From: Gemmatimonadota bacterium
GTDB lineage: Bacteria; Gemmatimonadota; Gemmatimonadetes; Longimicrobiales; Gaopeijiaceae
Direction: 5' to 3'
NCBI GenBank assembly: GCA_039589315.1
Contig: JBDHHQ010000007.1
Coordinates: 1 to 64,000 of the forward strand
Length of the DNA: 64,000 bases
In this document: positions 20,489-30,493 of the stretch, piece after piece
Numbering within the stretch: the stretch's first letter is position 1
Layout of the letters: each line of letters starts with the position of its first letter
Notes under the pieces: model-generated
What the model saw: only the letters and a program-made list of their open reading frames with translations
The model's database searches: none
Told to the model about the DNA's origin: nothing
Made by a program: the position numbers and the translations under genes

Positions 20489-21223
20489 GTGGACCCGAAG
20501 CCCTCGAGCTCACCCCCGAACGCAGCCGCGCGCCTTTCCCGGCTGACTCGCTACCTGAGCGAGGACTTTCTGGGAGGGCCCCGCATCCTGCGGCTTTCCT
20601 CGGTGATCAACTTCCAGAAGGGCGGGACGCTGCTCTTCATCGCGCTCCTCATGCTCCTGTACCGAAATACCTCTACGGAGGCGTGGGTGTATCTGGCGCT
20701 GCACGGAAGCTACGGACTGTGCTGGCTCCTGAAACATGCGGCCTTCCGCGACTCGCGTTGGGACGCCAAGGTCACCTTCGGAGGGGCCCTCCTCTCCTTC
20801 GCCCTCGTCCTGGGGCTGTACTGGGTGCTGCCCTTCCTGCTGATCTCCCCGGTGTTGCAGCCTCGGCCTCCGGCCCCCGACTGGCTCCTGGCGGTGGCCA
20901 TCTCCGTTCACACCCTGGGCGTGGTGCTGATGATGACGGCCGACGCCCAACGGCACTTCACGCTCCGCTGGCGGCGCGGCCTGATTACCGACGGGCTGTA
21001 CCGGCGCGTCCGCCGACCGAACTACCTCGGCGAGATGATGGTGTATGGATCGTACGCGCTCCTCGTCCGTCACTGGCTCGGGTGGGCGATCCTGGTTTGG
21101 GTGTGGCTGGCCGTCTTCTTGCCCAACATGCTCGAGACGGACGCTTCCCTGTCGCGGCACGAAGGCTGGGAGCGCTACAAGGGTGATACGGGTCTCGTGT
21201 GGCCGAGAATCCGACGGAGCTGA
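20489..21223 (+). CDS. DUF1295 / steroid 5-alpha-reductase / ICMT-like membrane protein
   Basis: Multiple TM segments; ADAQRHF, GLITDGLYRRVRRPNYLGEMMVY, SLSRH..WERYK. Confidence 0.8.
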   Translation: MDPKPSSSPPNAAARLSRLTRYLSEDFLGGPRILRLSSVINFQKGGTLLFIALLMLLYRNTSTEAWVYLALHGSYGLCWLLKHAAFRDSRWDAKVTFGGALLSFALVLGLYWVLPFLLISPVLQPRPPAPDWLLAVAISVHTLGVVLMMTADAQRHFTLRWRRGLITDGLYRRVRRPNYLGEMMVYGSYALLVRHWLGWAILVWVWLAVFLPNMLETDASLSRHEGWERYKGDTGLVWPRIRRS

Positions 21224-21263
21224 GGGCGACCCTCGGAGAGCCGAGCGGCGTGCGCCGCGGCCG

Positions 21264-22235
21264 TCACGTGCTCGCTGGCTCCCGCTGGATGGCACGCCGG
21301 TCGCTGGGTCCGGCGCGCCGCTCCCGGTGTCCCTCTGCGTCGAGGTCCTCCGGATCGTTGCCGTACACCGCCGCGACGCTGCCGGGCCCCCTGGCCTTCG
21401 CCCGATACATGGCGTTGTCGGCTGCTTCGATGAGCGCTCCCGCAGTGGCATAACGGGATCCGTACTCGGCAAGCCCGACCCCGACCGAGACGGTCTCGCC
21501 CCGGACCTGCACCGTGGCCAGTCGTTCCTTGACCCGGCTGACGAACACCAGGGCACCCTCGAGACCGGATGACGACACGATCGACAGGAACTCTTCGCCA
21601 CCCCAGCGGCAGGAGAGGTCCATCTTGCGAGTCACGCCGTCCAGCGCCTCGGCAAACGTCTTGAGGGCTTCATCTCCTCCCGGATGGCCGTGCGTGTCGT
21701 TGAAGCGCTTGAAGCCGTCCAGGTCGAACATGACCACGCAGAGGCGCCGTCCACGTCTCGCAGCAGCGAACTCCCGCTCGAGCGCCAGCTCCGCGAAGCG
21801 ACGGTTGGGAAGCTGGGTCAGTCCGTCTGTGAGGGCCATCTCCACCGCCCGTTCCCGCTCCCGATGGATCAACTCCGTCAGCAGTCCGACGCCGACGCCG
21901 ATGATGACGTACGCTCCGACGACGGTGGCGAGCATCTCGTGGTGCAACACGCGCCGGCCCTGGAGCAGCAGGATTATCTGCACGGCAGTGAGGACGACCA
22001 TGCCCAGCGCGAGCGCCTTGGCCACGCCCTCCCAGCCCCGGTAGTAGGCAACGAGGAAGGCCGGTATCAAGGCGACCAGCCAAACGAGCACCTCGTTGTA
22101 CCGGAGCTGTTCGGAGAAGGCCAGGGTCGCCACGGCCGGGACGAACAGGGCGAAGGCAGAGATGACGATGGCTCGGAGAGGAACCGGCTGACGCCCCAGC
22201 CCTGCCCTCCCCAGTGTCGATGGGTTCAGCACCAT
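21264..22235 (-). CDS. Membrane-anchored diguanylate cyclase (GGDEF)
   Basis: Four TM segments, TDGLTQLPNRR, DLDGFKRFNDTHGH, I-site RKMD, active-site RWGGEEF. Confidence 0.93.
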   Translation of the reverse strand: MVLNPSTLGRAGLGRQPVPLRAIVISAFALFVPAVATLAFSEQLRYNEVLVWLVALIPAFLVAYYRGWEGVAKALALGMVVLTAVQIILLLQGRRVLHHEMLATVVGAYVIIGVGVGLLTELIHRERERAVEMALTDGLTQLPNRRFAELALEREFAAARRGRRLCVVMFDLDGFKRFNDTHGHPGGDEALKTFAEALDGVTRKMDLSCRWGGEEFLSIVSSSGLEGALVFVSRVKERLATVQVRGETVSVGVGLAEYGSRYATAGALIEAADNAMYRAKARGPGSVAAVYGNDPEDLDAEGHRERRAGPSDRRAIQREPAST

Positions 22236-22353
22236 GTGACGAAGCTGGGATCGGATTGTCGTTGAGGGTGAAGGCGGGTACTTCCATTGTCGGCGCATCG
22301 GTGGGGGAAGGTGAACCTCTTTCCACGTAATGCCGCACGAAAACCCTTGTCCG

Positions 22354-22436
22354 TTGTTGCCCGCATGCAACAAGTTGGATCTCATCGGTTGGCAACCCCT
22401 TTGTTTCCTACACGATCAGGCGGCCCGCTCTTTGCT
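22354..22436 (+). promoter_or_regulatory. Putative sigma54 promoter (CGGCCCG-CTCT-TTGCT, 22421-22436) with an upstream palindrome TTGTTGC-N6-GCAACAA
   Basis: Correct GG/GC -24/-12 spacing; perfect 7-bp inverted repeat at 22354-22373 overlapping an IHF-like CAACAAGTTG. Confidence 0.4.
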
Positions 22437-22516
22437 GAGCTGAGCCGGTGGCGACAGTGCGTCGTCAGCAGTGCGGTCTCCACCGCTTTCGGGCGGGAAG
22501 ACAAGGAGGGGTAGCC

Positions 22517-23476
22517 ATGAAGTCATCAGCAAGCACCTGCTCGGCCCTGGTTCTCATCACGGCCTTCTCATCCGCCGCAGGGGCACAGGAATCGAGCGAG
22601 GCCCCGGTCGTCGCGCTGAGCGATGCGATCGTGAGCGTCGAGGAGTCCGCCGACTCGGTACCGACGCTGCGCATATCCGCGACGGTGACGGATGCCGCCA
22701 CCGGCATCCCGACAACTCTGACCGAGGTCGAGGGCGATCGGGAGCAGGTGTACACGCTTCTCCTCGAGCTGGCGGCCGGTCTCACGACCGACGTCGAGAA
22801 CGGCGAAGACGCCGCCGAGGCCGAGGCGTCGGCCTTGTATGCGCTCGGCCAGATATTCGAGGCGCGCGGCTACAAGGACCTGGCGGCCGACGCGTACCAG
22901 GCCGTCATGAAGAGCTACCCCGAGTTCGACCAGGCCGCCGTGGACTGGCGCCGTCTGGTGGGCCGCTGGGAGCTCAACTTGTACGGCGGACTCCTGAACG
23001 ACGAGCCGGAGTACAACCACGGGTCGGGGGAAGACGAGTTCCGACGTGATGCCATCTTCGGCGTGCGCGGCTCCTATCACTTCACCGAGAAGGCTTTCGT
23101 CCAGGCGGAAGTGGCCAACGCCCTGGCGACGCTCGGGTCCGGGGGTAGGAAGCAGAACGTGAACGCCTTCCCGCTGTGGGGAGCCCTGGGCTACGACCTC
23201 CACTTGACCCACGATTTCCAGATCTTCCCCACGCTGGGTGCCGGGGTCGTGTTCTGGCGCCCCGATCAAACGAGCGGCAGCGCTGACTTCGCTCTCAGCT
23301 ATGGGCTGGGTGGCCGGGTCTTCCTGACGCGCAACCATGCGCTGCGTGGCGACATGCGGCTCCACCATATCCCGAACGCCCTGCGGCCGACGCTCGACGA
23401 TCTCCAGCTCCCGACCGAGAAGACGCTGTGGGCCCTGGAGCTGAGCTTCGGCGTGTCGTGGTTCCCGGCCGGGTAG
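22517..23476 (+). CDS. Exported protein: TPR-like N-terminal segment fused to an outer-membrane beta-barrel
   Basis: AAGGAGG SD; signal peptide; ALYALGQIFEARGYKDLAADAYQAVMKSYPEF; barrel strands PTLGAGV, SYGLGGRVF, ELSFGVSWF. Confidence 0.65.
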   Translation: MKSSASTCSALVLITAFSSAAGAQESSEAPVVALSDAIVSVEESADSVPTLRISATVTDAATGIPTTLTEVEGDREQVYTLLLELAAGLTTDVENGEDAAEAEASALYALGQIFEARGYKDLAADAYQAVMKSYPEFDQAAVDWRRLVGRWELNLYGGLLNDEPEYNHGSGEDEFRRDAIFGVRGSYHFTEKAFVQAEVANALATLGSGGRKQNVNAFPLWGALGYDLHLTHDFQIFPTLGAGVVFWRPDQTSGSADFALSYGLGGRVFLTRNHALRGDMRLHHIPNALRPTLDDLQLPTEKTLWALELSFGVSWFPAG

Positions 23477-23597
23477 GACGGGTGACGGCACCCCGCTCCT
23501 CACCCGCACTGGCGGGACTGCCGGGCACCGCACCGGCGGCCAGGACTCCGCGACGCTAGAGGTTGCACGGGAGGAAGCGGACGCCCACCCACCGATC

Positions 23598-23634
23598 CAC
23601 GAACGGCCCCGCCAAGGCGGCGGGGCCGTTCGTG
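23598..23634. terminator. Perfect 16-bp stem hairpin, probable terminator
   Basis: CACGAACGGCCCCGCC-aaggc-GGCGGGGCCGTTCGTG; U-tail weak. Confidence 0.55.
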
Positions 23635-23720
23635 ATTCGGGCCTCGGGCGCTGTGTCGTCCTGCCGCCAATCGACGTATCGTGTCCCCCAGCACCCGTCG
23701 ACCCGAACCGGAGGAGGACC

Positions 23721-24836
23721 GTGCCCGCCGTACACGAAGCCCGTCGCCGTGTGCGCACCCACCGCACACGCATCCGCAGGAGCCGGCTGAGCTTCTGCGC
23801 GGCCGTCTCGCTGCTCGCCCTGACCACGCCCACGTCGCTGGCCGCCCAGGAGGACGACGCTCCAGAAGACCCGGTGCTCGAGGAGCTGGCCCGGCAGAAC
23901 GAGTCCCTGCGCCATCGGCTGGACCAGCTCGCGCGCCAGGTGGACGACCTGATGTTCTTCAACCGCCTCGGCGACATCGCCGAGGTCGATCTCGTGCGGC
24001 TGACGGGGCCGCCCCTCCGCTATCAACCGAACCCCACCGCTCAGGGGGCCGGGAATCCCTTCCGGTTCTCGGCCTATGTGTTCATTCCCAGGGACCTGGA
24101 CCGAAGTCGCGACCAGCCCCTCATCGTGTTCCCCCATGGAGGGGTCCACAGCAACTTCAGGTCGGGCGCGACCAATGTGCTGAGAGAGATGCTCGAGCAA
24201 GGGTACACGGTGATCGCTCCCGAGTACCGAGGGAGCACAGGCTACGGGAGGGGTACCTATCAGGCCATCGACTATGGGGGCCTCGAGATAGAGGACACCT
24301 ACGCCGCCAGGAACTTCATGCTGGAGAACTACGACTTCCTGGATGCTTCACGGGTGGGCGTCGTGGGCTGGAGCCACGGCGGCTTGCACGCGCTGATGAA
24401 CATCTTCGAGCACGGTGGCGACTATGCCGCGGCCTACGCGGGGGTGCCCGTGAGCGACCTGATTGCCCGGATGGGTTACAAGAGCCAGGGCTACCGGGAC
24501 CAATACTCGGCGGAGTATCACATCGGCAATACCGCGCAGGACGACGTCGAGGAGTATCGGCGCCGCTCCCCGTCCTGGAACGCGGCCAAGTACGACGGCA
24601 CCCCGCTCCTCATTCACACGAACACGAATGACGAGGACGTCAACGTCCTGGAGGTGGAGCGGCTGATCCAGGCCCTCCAGGCCGAGGGCAAGCGGGGGTT
24701 CGAATACAAGATCTACGAGGACGCGCCAGGCGGTCACTCCTTCAACCGCCTCGACACACGGCTGGCCCAGGAGTCGCGCCGCGAGATCTGGGCGTTTCTG
24801 GCTCCGCACCTGAACCCGGAGCGGCCGATCCGGTGA
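23721..24836 (+). CDS. S9 family alpha/beta-hydrolase peptidase (short form, coiled-coil N-terminus)
   Basis: GGAGG SD; FPHGGVH, PEYRGSTGYG, GWSHGG, NDEDV, GGHSF. Confidence 0.88.
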   Translation: MPAVHEARRRVRTHRTRIRRSRLSFCAAVSLLALTTPTSLAAQEDDAPEDPVLEELARQNESLRHRLDQLARQVDDLMFFNRLGDIAEVDLVRLTGPPLRYQPNPTAQGAGNPFRFSAYVFIPRDLDRSRDQPLIVFPHGGVHSNFRSGATNVLREMLEQGYTVIAPEYRGSTGYGRGTYQAIDYGGLEIEDTYAARNFMLENYDFLDASRVGVVGWSHGGLHALMNIFEHGGDYAAAYAGVPVSDLIARMGYKSQGYRDQYSAEYHIGNTAQDDVEEYRRRSPSWNAAKYDGTPLLIHTNTNDEDVNVLEVERLIQALQAEGKRGFEYKIYEDAPGGHSFNRLDTRLAQESRREIWAFLAPHLNPERPIR

Positions 24837-24846
24837 GAGGGGATTC

Positions 24847-27447
24847 GTGAAGGGCTGGGCGGGGGCCTTCGTGGCCCTCGCGGTTTGCCAGAGCTCCGCC
24901 GGGGCTCAGGTGGTCGTTCCCGCTCCCCGGGACCACCTCGGATTCGAGGTCGGAGCGGATCGGAGGTTGGCCACGTGGGACCAGATCCTAGAGTACCTGG
25001 AGCGGGTGGCGTCCGCTTCACCTCGCGTCCGGCTGGACGTCGTCGGGGAGACGACCTCGGGCAATCCGTTCGTGGTCGTGCTGGTCAGCTCGAGCGAAAA
25101 CCTGCGACGCTTGCCCGAGTACAGGGACATCGCCCGGAGGCTGGCCAGCGGCACTCCGACTGCCGCCGAGGCACTCGATCTGGCGGCCCGAGGCAAGACC
25201 TTCGTCTTCCTCAATCACAACATCCACTCCACCGAGATCGCATCGTCCCAGACCAGCCTCGAGCTGATCTACCGGCTGGCGGTGGATGAGGGCCCGGTCG
25301 TACGGGAGATCCTCGACAACACCGTCCTGATCCACGTGCCCTCGGGCAATCCGGATGGGCAGATCCTCACGGTGGACTGGTACGAGGACAACCTGGGCAC
25401 GCCCTTCGAGCGAGCGTCCATGCCGTGGCTGTACCACCCGTACGTCGGTCACGACAACAACCGCGACTTCTTCATGGGTAACATGGTGGAGACGCGGATC
25501 ATGATGCGGCTCCTCTACCACGACTGGCATCCGCAGATCTATCTGGATCAGCACCAGATGGGCCCATACGGAGCCCGGATGTTCGTGCCCCCGTTTCCCG
25601 ACCCCCCCAATGAGCGAATCCATCCGTTGATCTGGCAGCAGATCAAGTTTCTTGGAGGGGGCATGGCCACGGACCTCCAGGTTGCCGGGAAGCAGGGTGT
25701 GCTGACGAACGCCATGTACCGCATCTACCACCAGGGCGGGGCCCTCTCGGTCTGGTGGCACAACATCGTCGGGCTGCTCACGGAGACGGCGAGCGCCTCG
25801 ATGGCCACCCCGCTCACCATCGAGCGGGACCAGCTCCGGCCCACGCGTCCGGACCGGGGACTGCCCGAGTATCGACAGACCAAGAGCTTCCCCGATCCGT
25901 GGTGGGGCGGGCCATGGCATCTGCGGGACATCGTGGACTACCAGATGATCGCCGCCATGTCGGTCCTGAAGCAGGCCGCCCGCTACCGCTCCGAGTTCCT
26001 GGCCAACCACTGGAGAATGGCTCACGACGCCATCGCCCAGGCAGACAGCGAGGGACCCTTCGCCTACGTCGTGCCCATCGACCAGAGAGACCCGGTGACG
26101 GCTGCCGAGATGCTCGAGCGGCTTGCGTTGCAGGGCATCGAGGTGCACCAGGCCGAGGCCGACCTTCCTGCGGGCGGCACCGTGTACGCGAAGGGCTCGT
26201 GGGTGCTGCTCGCGGCCCAGAGTCACCGAGCTGCCCTCGTGGACCTGTTCGAGACGCAGAGCTATCCGGAGCTTCGCTTGTACCCGGGCGGGCCGCCGAT
26301 CCGCCCCTACGACGTGACCGGATACACGCTGCCCCTTCAGATGGGTGTGACAGCCGTGCCCGTGCACGAGCCGTTCGATACGGTGTCGCTGTCGCTCCTG
26401 GCGCGAGTGGCCGCACCCGAGCCCCCACCGGTACCGCAGGCATCACGGGGCCTGGTGCTCAACCACGAGATCAACGCGACGGTGGTGGCGGTCAACCGGT
26501 TGTTGGCAGAGGGGATACCGATCCGGCGCCTCCTGAAAGCGACCTCCCTCGATGGGAGGCGGGTCTCGCCCGGTGCCTTCCTGGTGGTCGACTCGAGCAG
26601 CAGCGCTCGAGGTGCCGTGGAGAGGGTGTCCCGCGAGCTGTCGGTCCCGGTTGGGGCGGCGGCGGCCGACCTGGTGGCTGCCGACCTGGGCCCCGCGCTC
26701 CGACCTCCACGCGTCGGGCTATACCGGTCCTGGGTGCCGTCCATCGACGAGGGGTGGACGCGGTGGATTCTGGAGAGGTTCGAGTTCTCCTACGAGAGCG
26801 TGAGGAACGACGACATCCGGAACGGAGGGTCGCTCGATCGCTTCGACGTGCTCGTGATTCCGGCCGAGTTGGAGCTGGACGACCTCATCAACGGCCACCC
26901 TCAGGACAGCGTGCCGGCGCGTTACACCGGGGGGATAGGAATGGAAGGCGTGGATCGGCTCCGCGCCTTCGTCGAGACCGGCGGCACGCTGGTCACGCTG
27001 GACTCGGGCGGCCAGGTGGTCCTCGAACACTTCGACGTGCCGGTGAGCGACGCCGTCGCGGACGTTCCCACCAGCGACTTCTTCGGTCCCGGCGTCATCC
27101 TTCGCGTCAACGTGGATCCCGAGCACCCCGTGGCCTACGGCCTGCCGACGGAGGTGGCCGCCAAGTTCAGCCATAGCCCGGCCTACGCGGTGGACCGCCT
27201 GCAGAATGGGCCCCACTCCGTCCGGGAGCTTGCCCACTATCCCTCCGACGGCGAGCTGCTCCTGAGTGGACTCGTCGTCGGCGAAGAGCACCTGCGCGGA
27301 CGCGTCGCGGCCCTCGAGGTGGCGTATGGTAGGGGTCGGATCGTGATGCTGGGCTTTCGGGTGCAGCACCGCGGCCAGACTCACGGGACCTACAAGCTCC
27401 TGTTCAACGCCCTGTACTATGGAGCGCAGCGAGTGGCAGGGTTCTGA
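24847..27447 (+). CDS. M14 zinc carboxypeptidase family protein with a C-terminal GATase-like domain
   Basis: HNIHSTE, NPDG, GHDNNRD, DQHQMG, DEGWTRW, YDVTGYTLPLQMGV. Confidence 0.9.
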   Translation: MKGWAGAFVALAVCQSSAGAQVVVPAPRDHLGFEVGADRRLATWDQILEYLERVASASPRVRLDVVGETTSGNPFVVVLVSSSENLRRLPEYRDIARRLASGTPTAAEALDLAARGKTFVFLNHNIHSTEIASSQTSLELIYRLAVDEGPVVREILDNTVLIHVPSGNPDGQILTVDWYEDNLGTPFERASMPWLYHPYVGHDNNRDFFMGNMVETRIMMRLLYHDWHPQIYLDQHQMGPYGARMFVPPFPDPPNERIHPLIWQQIKFLGGGMATDLQVAGKQGVLTNAMYRIYHQGGALSVWWHNIVGLLTETASASMATPLTIERDQLRPTRPDRGLPEYRQTKSFPDPWWGGPWHLRDIVDYQMIAAMSVLKQAARYRSEFLANHWRMAHDAIAQADSEGPFAYVVPIDQRDPVTAAEMLERLALQGIEVHQAEADLPAGGTVYAKGSWVLLAAQSHRAALVDLFETQSYPELRLYPGGPPIRPYDVTGYTLPLQMGVTAVPVHEPFDTVSLSLLARVAAPEPPPVPQASRGLVLNHEINATVVAVNRLLAEGIPIRRLLKATSLDGRRVSPGAFLVVDSSSSARGAVERVSRELSVPVGAAAADLVAADLGPALRPPRVGLYRSWVPSIDEGWTRWILERFEFSYESVRNDDIRNGGSLDRFDVLVIPAELELDDLINGHPQDSVPARYTGGIGMEGVDRLRAFVETGGTLVTLDSGGQVVLEHFDVPVSDAVADVPTSDFFGPGVILRVNVDPEHPVAYGLPTEVAAKFSHSPAYAVDRLQNGPHSVRELAHYPSDGELLLSGLVVGEEHLRGRVAALEVAYGRGRIVMLGFRVQHRGQTHGTYKLLFNALYYGAQRVAGF

Positions 27448-27607
27448 CCGCCCCTTCCCGTCCCTCCCCGGGCACCGATCTGGCTGGATCGAGCAGGTCG
27501 CGAGCTTCGCGTCCGACTGAGGACCGGCTCGCCCCGCGCTCTCCGCGACGAGCGGGTCGGGCCCCGGCCCGCGGCCCGACCCCGTGCCCTTCAGCCCCAC
27601 GCTCGGA

Positions 27608-28045
27608 TCACATGCCCTCGGGCGGCTCCGCCTCGGTGCTGGGTCCCATGAAGTAGATGTTGTCCTTGTGTGCGGTGCAGATCGCGAAAGGTCCCGGCCC
27701 GTCTGCTAGCTCGGGGTTTTGCTCGTTCACCCGCCGGCCGACCTCGGCGACTGCCTCGAAGAGCCCCGCCATGCTCGGCGCCACCCGGTAGTAGTTCACG
27801 TTGTACTCGTCGGCCCAAGCGTGGAAGAAGAGACCGGCGGCGAGCAGCATGCCTTCGGTCACCAGCTCGTCCTCGACGGGGCGCGTGTACGTATCGTAGT
27901 TCTCTGCGATGTCGGAGACGGCGGATTGAGGGCACACATACGACGAGACCGAAAGGACCTGGGGCGGTCCGTCGTCGTCCTGGGCTTGCAGGGCCGTGGG
28001 GCCTACGAGGACGAGCGCCAGAATGGCAACGAGCGAGCGGGTCAT
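27608..28045 (-). CDS. Exported hypothetical protein (145 aa)
   Basis: GGAGG SD; signal peptide ending ALQA-Q; two Cys; C-terminal CTAHKDNIY. Confidence 0.7.
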   Translation of the reverse strand: MTRSLVAILALVLVGPTALQAQDDDGPPQVLSVSSYVCPQSAVSDIAENYDTYTRPVEDELVTEGMLLAAGLFFHAWADEYNVNYYRVAPSMAGLFEAVAEVGRRVNEQNPELADGPGPFAICTAHKDNIYFMGPSTEAEPPEGM

Positions 28046-28231
28046 CTCTGCCTCCGTTGAGGATAGGTGTGTCCTGCACAATGGGTGGCCGGGACGCGCA
28101 GACACAAGAAAACTCTTGTTTCCACCGACGAAGGGAGCTTCCGGGCCGGGGCCGCTCGATAGCGACGTCCGGAGCCCGGCACCGCGGTACGGGAATCACC
28201 CGGCCCGACGGTCGGCGTCGGTCCCCGGCCG

Positions 28232-28921
28232 TCAGCCCACCGAGGCCTTTGCCTCGAAGCGGTCGAACCAGCCGCCCGGGCCCCTCGACGAGAAGCAGCC
28301 TGCCGCCACGATGCACGCCAGGGCCCCGGCCGCCAGCACGTCGCTGGGAAAGTGGGCCCCGAAGGTGACCCGCTGAGTTGCCGCGAGGAGGGCGAAGAAG
28401 GCGAAGAGCCACCGGCCCCTGGGGTGTAGCCAAATCAGGCCGATCGCGAGCCCCACCGCCACCGTCGTGTGGCCTGACGGGAAGGACTGGATGCCATGGT
28501 CCAGCACGTCGCCGAGTCCCTGGGCGTCGGCGAACAGCTCCCAGCCGAGGAACGTCGCCAGCGCCGTATCCGGTAGCTCACCATGGCCGGGCCGGGCTCG
28601 GGGAATCAGGAGCTTGAGCACGTCACAAACCAGGCCCGCCCCGAGGGAAAGCGTCACGAGGCGGGGCAGCCTGCGACGATTCGCCGGATCGAGGACTGCC
28701 ACGGTCAGGATGATGACGGCCACGCCCATGCCCTGTGCGAAAGCCTCGGACAGCCGGATGAGGTTACCCACCTCGCCGCCGACGCACCGGTCGCGGCACA
28801 GTGTGGCGACCGGGATGTCGATGAGAAACGCCAGCGCTGCCAGGACCGCGAAGAGGCCGGCCCAGCGGAGCAGCGAGGAAGAGGCCGGAGCCTCGCGTGG
28901 CGACATCGAAGACGGATCCAT
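28232..28921 (-). CDS. PAP2 family membrane phosphatase
   Basis: C1 KLLIPRARP, C2 FPSGH, C3 QRVTFGAHFPSDV; start uncertain (28921 or 28906). Confidence 0.88.
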   Translation of the reverse strand: MDPSSMSPREAPASSSLLRWAGLFAVLAALAFLIDIPVATLCRDRCVGGEVGNLIRLSEAFAQGMGVAVIILTVAVLDPANRRRLPRLVTLSLGAGLVCDVLKLLIPRARPGHGELPDTALATFLGWELFADAQGLGDVLDHGIQSFPSGHTTVAVGLAIGLIWLHPRGRWLFAFFALLAATQRVTFGAHFPSDVLAAGALACIVAAGCFSSRGPGGWFDRFEAKASVG

Positions 28922-29104
28922 TGCTGGGGGCCGGAACCAAGAGGGCCCCGGACGAGGGGCCGACGGAGCGGCAGCTGGCCGCGAGACCGTAGTGTACACC
29001 ATCACCCGGAGGAGGTCACGGAGAGGCCGGCTCCCGACCGGTGGTGTGGGAATGTCGGGCTCGATAGGATGCGAGATCACGGCTCCAGCTGGAGATGCCT
29101 TGGA

Positions 29105-29260
29105 ATGGCTGAGAAGACTCAGACGACAGCGAAGCGCCGCTGCCCCTTTTGCGGTAGCGCCGACCTTTGGTTTCGGCCCGCGGGTTCGCTCCGGCACCCG
29201 AAGGAGGTCTTCCCCGTGGCTGAGTGTCGGACCTGCGGCAAGGTCTCGAAGGTGCGCTGA
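29105..29260 (+). CDS. 51-aa CPxCG zinc-ribbon microprotein
   Basis: MAEKTQTTAKRRCPFCGSADLWFRPAGSLRHPKEVFPVAECRTCGKVSKVR; GGAG 10 nt upstream; fills an otherwise empty gap. Confidence 0.55.
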   Translation: MAEKTQTTAKRRCPFCGSADLWFRPAGSLRHPKEVFPVAECRTCGKVSKVR

Positions 29261-29454
29261 CGTCCCGACCGCGCTCGCAAGCTGCTGTTCAACGAGGGCG
29301 CCGCGTCGCCTCCGGGAGCGGCGGGTGCCAGATTGGGCGATCGTAGCGGGTGGCGATCCCCGAATAGTTGACCGGAGGTGGTCGACTCCCCTACCGTGCC
29401 TGACGGGAAGCTCCATGACAACGGGCTATCTGATGCCATAACAGGAGGCTTACC

Positions 29455-30384
29455 ATGAAGTTACGTCCCGCTCCCTTCCTCTTGCCTGCTTTGCTCGTCC
29501 TCGGCTGCGGCGGAGACGCCGGCGAAACCGAGGCTGTGGTGGAGGAAACCGCTGCCCGTGAGATGTCGGCCGAGGAGGCGGACCTGGCGGCTGTTGACGC
29601 TCTGGCCAGCGCGTTCGAAGAGCACTACAACATGGGCCACGCGTCGATGGTGGCGGACCTCCACACGGACGAGGCGCTCCGGCTGATGGCCAACGGTGGG
29701 ATCTACAGCGGCCGAGACGGCATCCTCGCCTCTCTGGAAGCCGCGGTGGCTGGATCGCCTTCGCTCACGATCAACCGGGGCGACACCAAGGTCATCGGCG
29801 ATCACGCCGTGTCCCACGGCACATGGGCCGTCGAGGTCACGTCCGAGAGCGGCGAGGCGATTACGCAGAGCGGCAGCTACATGTCACATGCCCGCCGTGT
29901 GGACGGGGAGTGGAAGATCGGCCTGTCCCTCACAAACTACGACGCGCCCCCGCCCGAGGGCTTCGAGTTCGAGCCACCACCCGGGGACGGCCCCCCCGAG
30001 GACCTGGTTGACGGGCCCGTCGCTGACATCGTCGAGTACTACCAGACCCACTACAACATGGGTCACGCCTCCATGGTGGCCGACCTCTTCGTCGACGACG
30101 GGGTCGCGGCATTCCCGATGAGCCCCGCGGCGACGGGCCGCGAGGGTGTCGAGGCGCTCATTGCCCAGGGAACCGAGGCTGGCGATCAGATCACCATCCA
30201 TGACGTGAACACCGAGGACCTCGGGGACGGCTACTACCTGGACCTGGGATGGTATGAGATGGAAGCCGGGGACACCGAGACCTGGGGCACCTACATCGTC
30301 CTGGCCCACCGGGCCGAGGACGGCACCGGCAAGATCGTCTGGGCGGCGAGCAATGGCGGATTCCCACCGGCTGAAGAGGGGTAA
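29455..30384 (+). CDS. Lipoprotein with tandem SnoaL/NTF2-like (DUF4440) domains
   Basis: AGGAGG SD; VLGC lipobox; HYNMGHASMVADL occurs twice; GR.GI/V, DGEWKI. Confidence 0.82.
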   Translation: MKLRPAPFLLPALLVLGCGGDAGETEAVVEETAAREMSAEEADLAAVDALASAFEEHYNMGHASMVADLHTDEALRLMANGGIYSGRDGILASLEAAVAGSPSLTINRGDTKVIGDHAVSHGTWAVEVTSESGEAITQSGSYMSHARRVDGEWKIGLSLTNYDAPPPEGFEFEPPPGDGPPEDLVDGPVADIVEYYQTHYNMGHASMVADLFVDDGVAAFPMSPAATGREGVEALIAQGTEAGDQITIHDVNTEDLGDGYYLDLGWYEMEAGDTETWGTYIVLAHRAEDGTGKIVWAASNGGFPPAEEG

Positions 30385-30493
30385 GGCCGGCCAGCTCGCA
30401 GAGTCCGGTAGAGCCAATTGGACGAAGACGCGCGGGTCCCTGCGGGGGCCCGTCCGTCTTCGTTGCCTCCCGAGCATCTCGCCCCGGCTCCGG

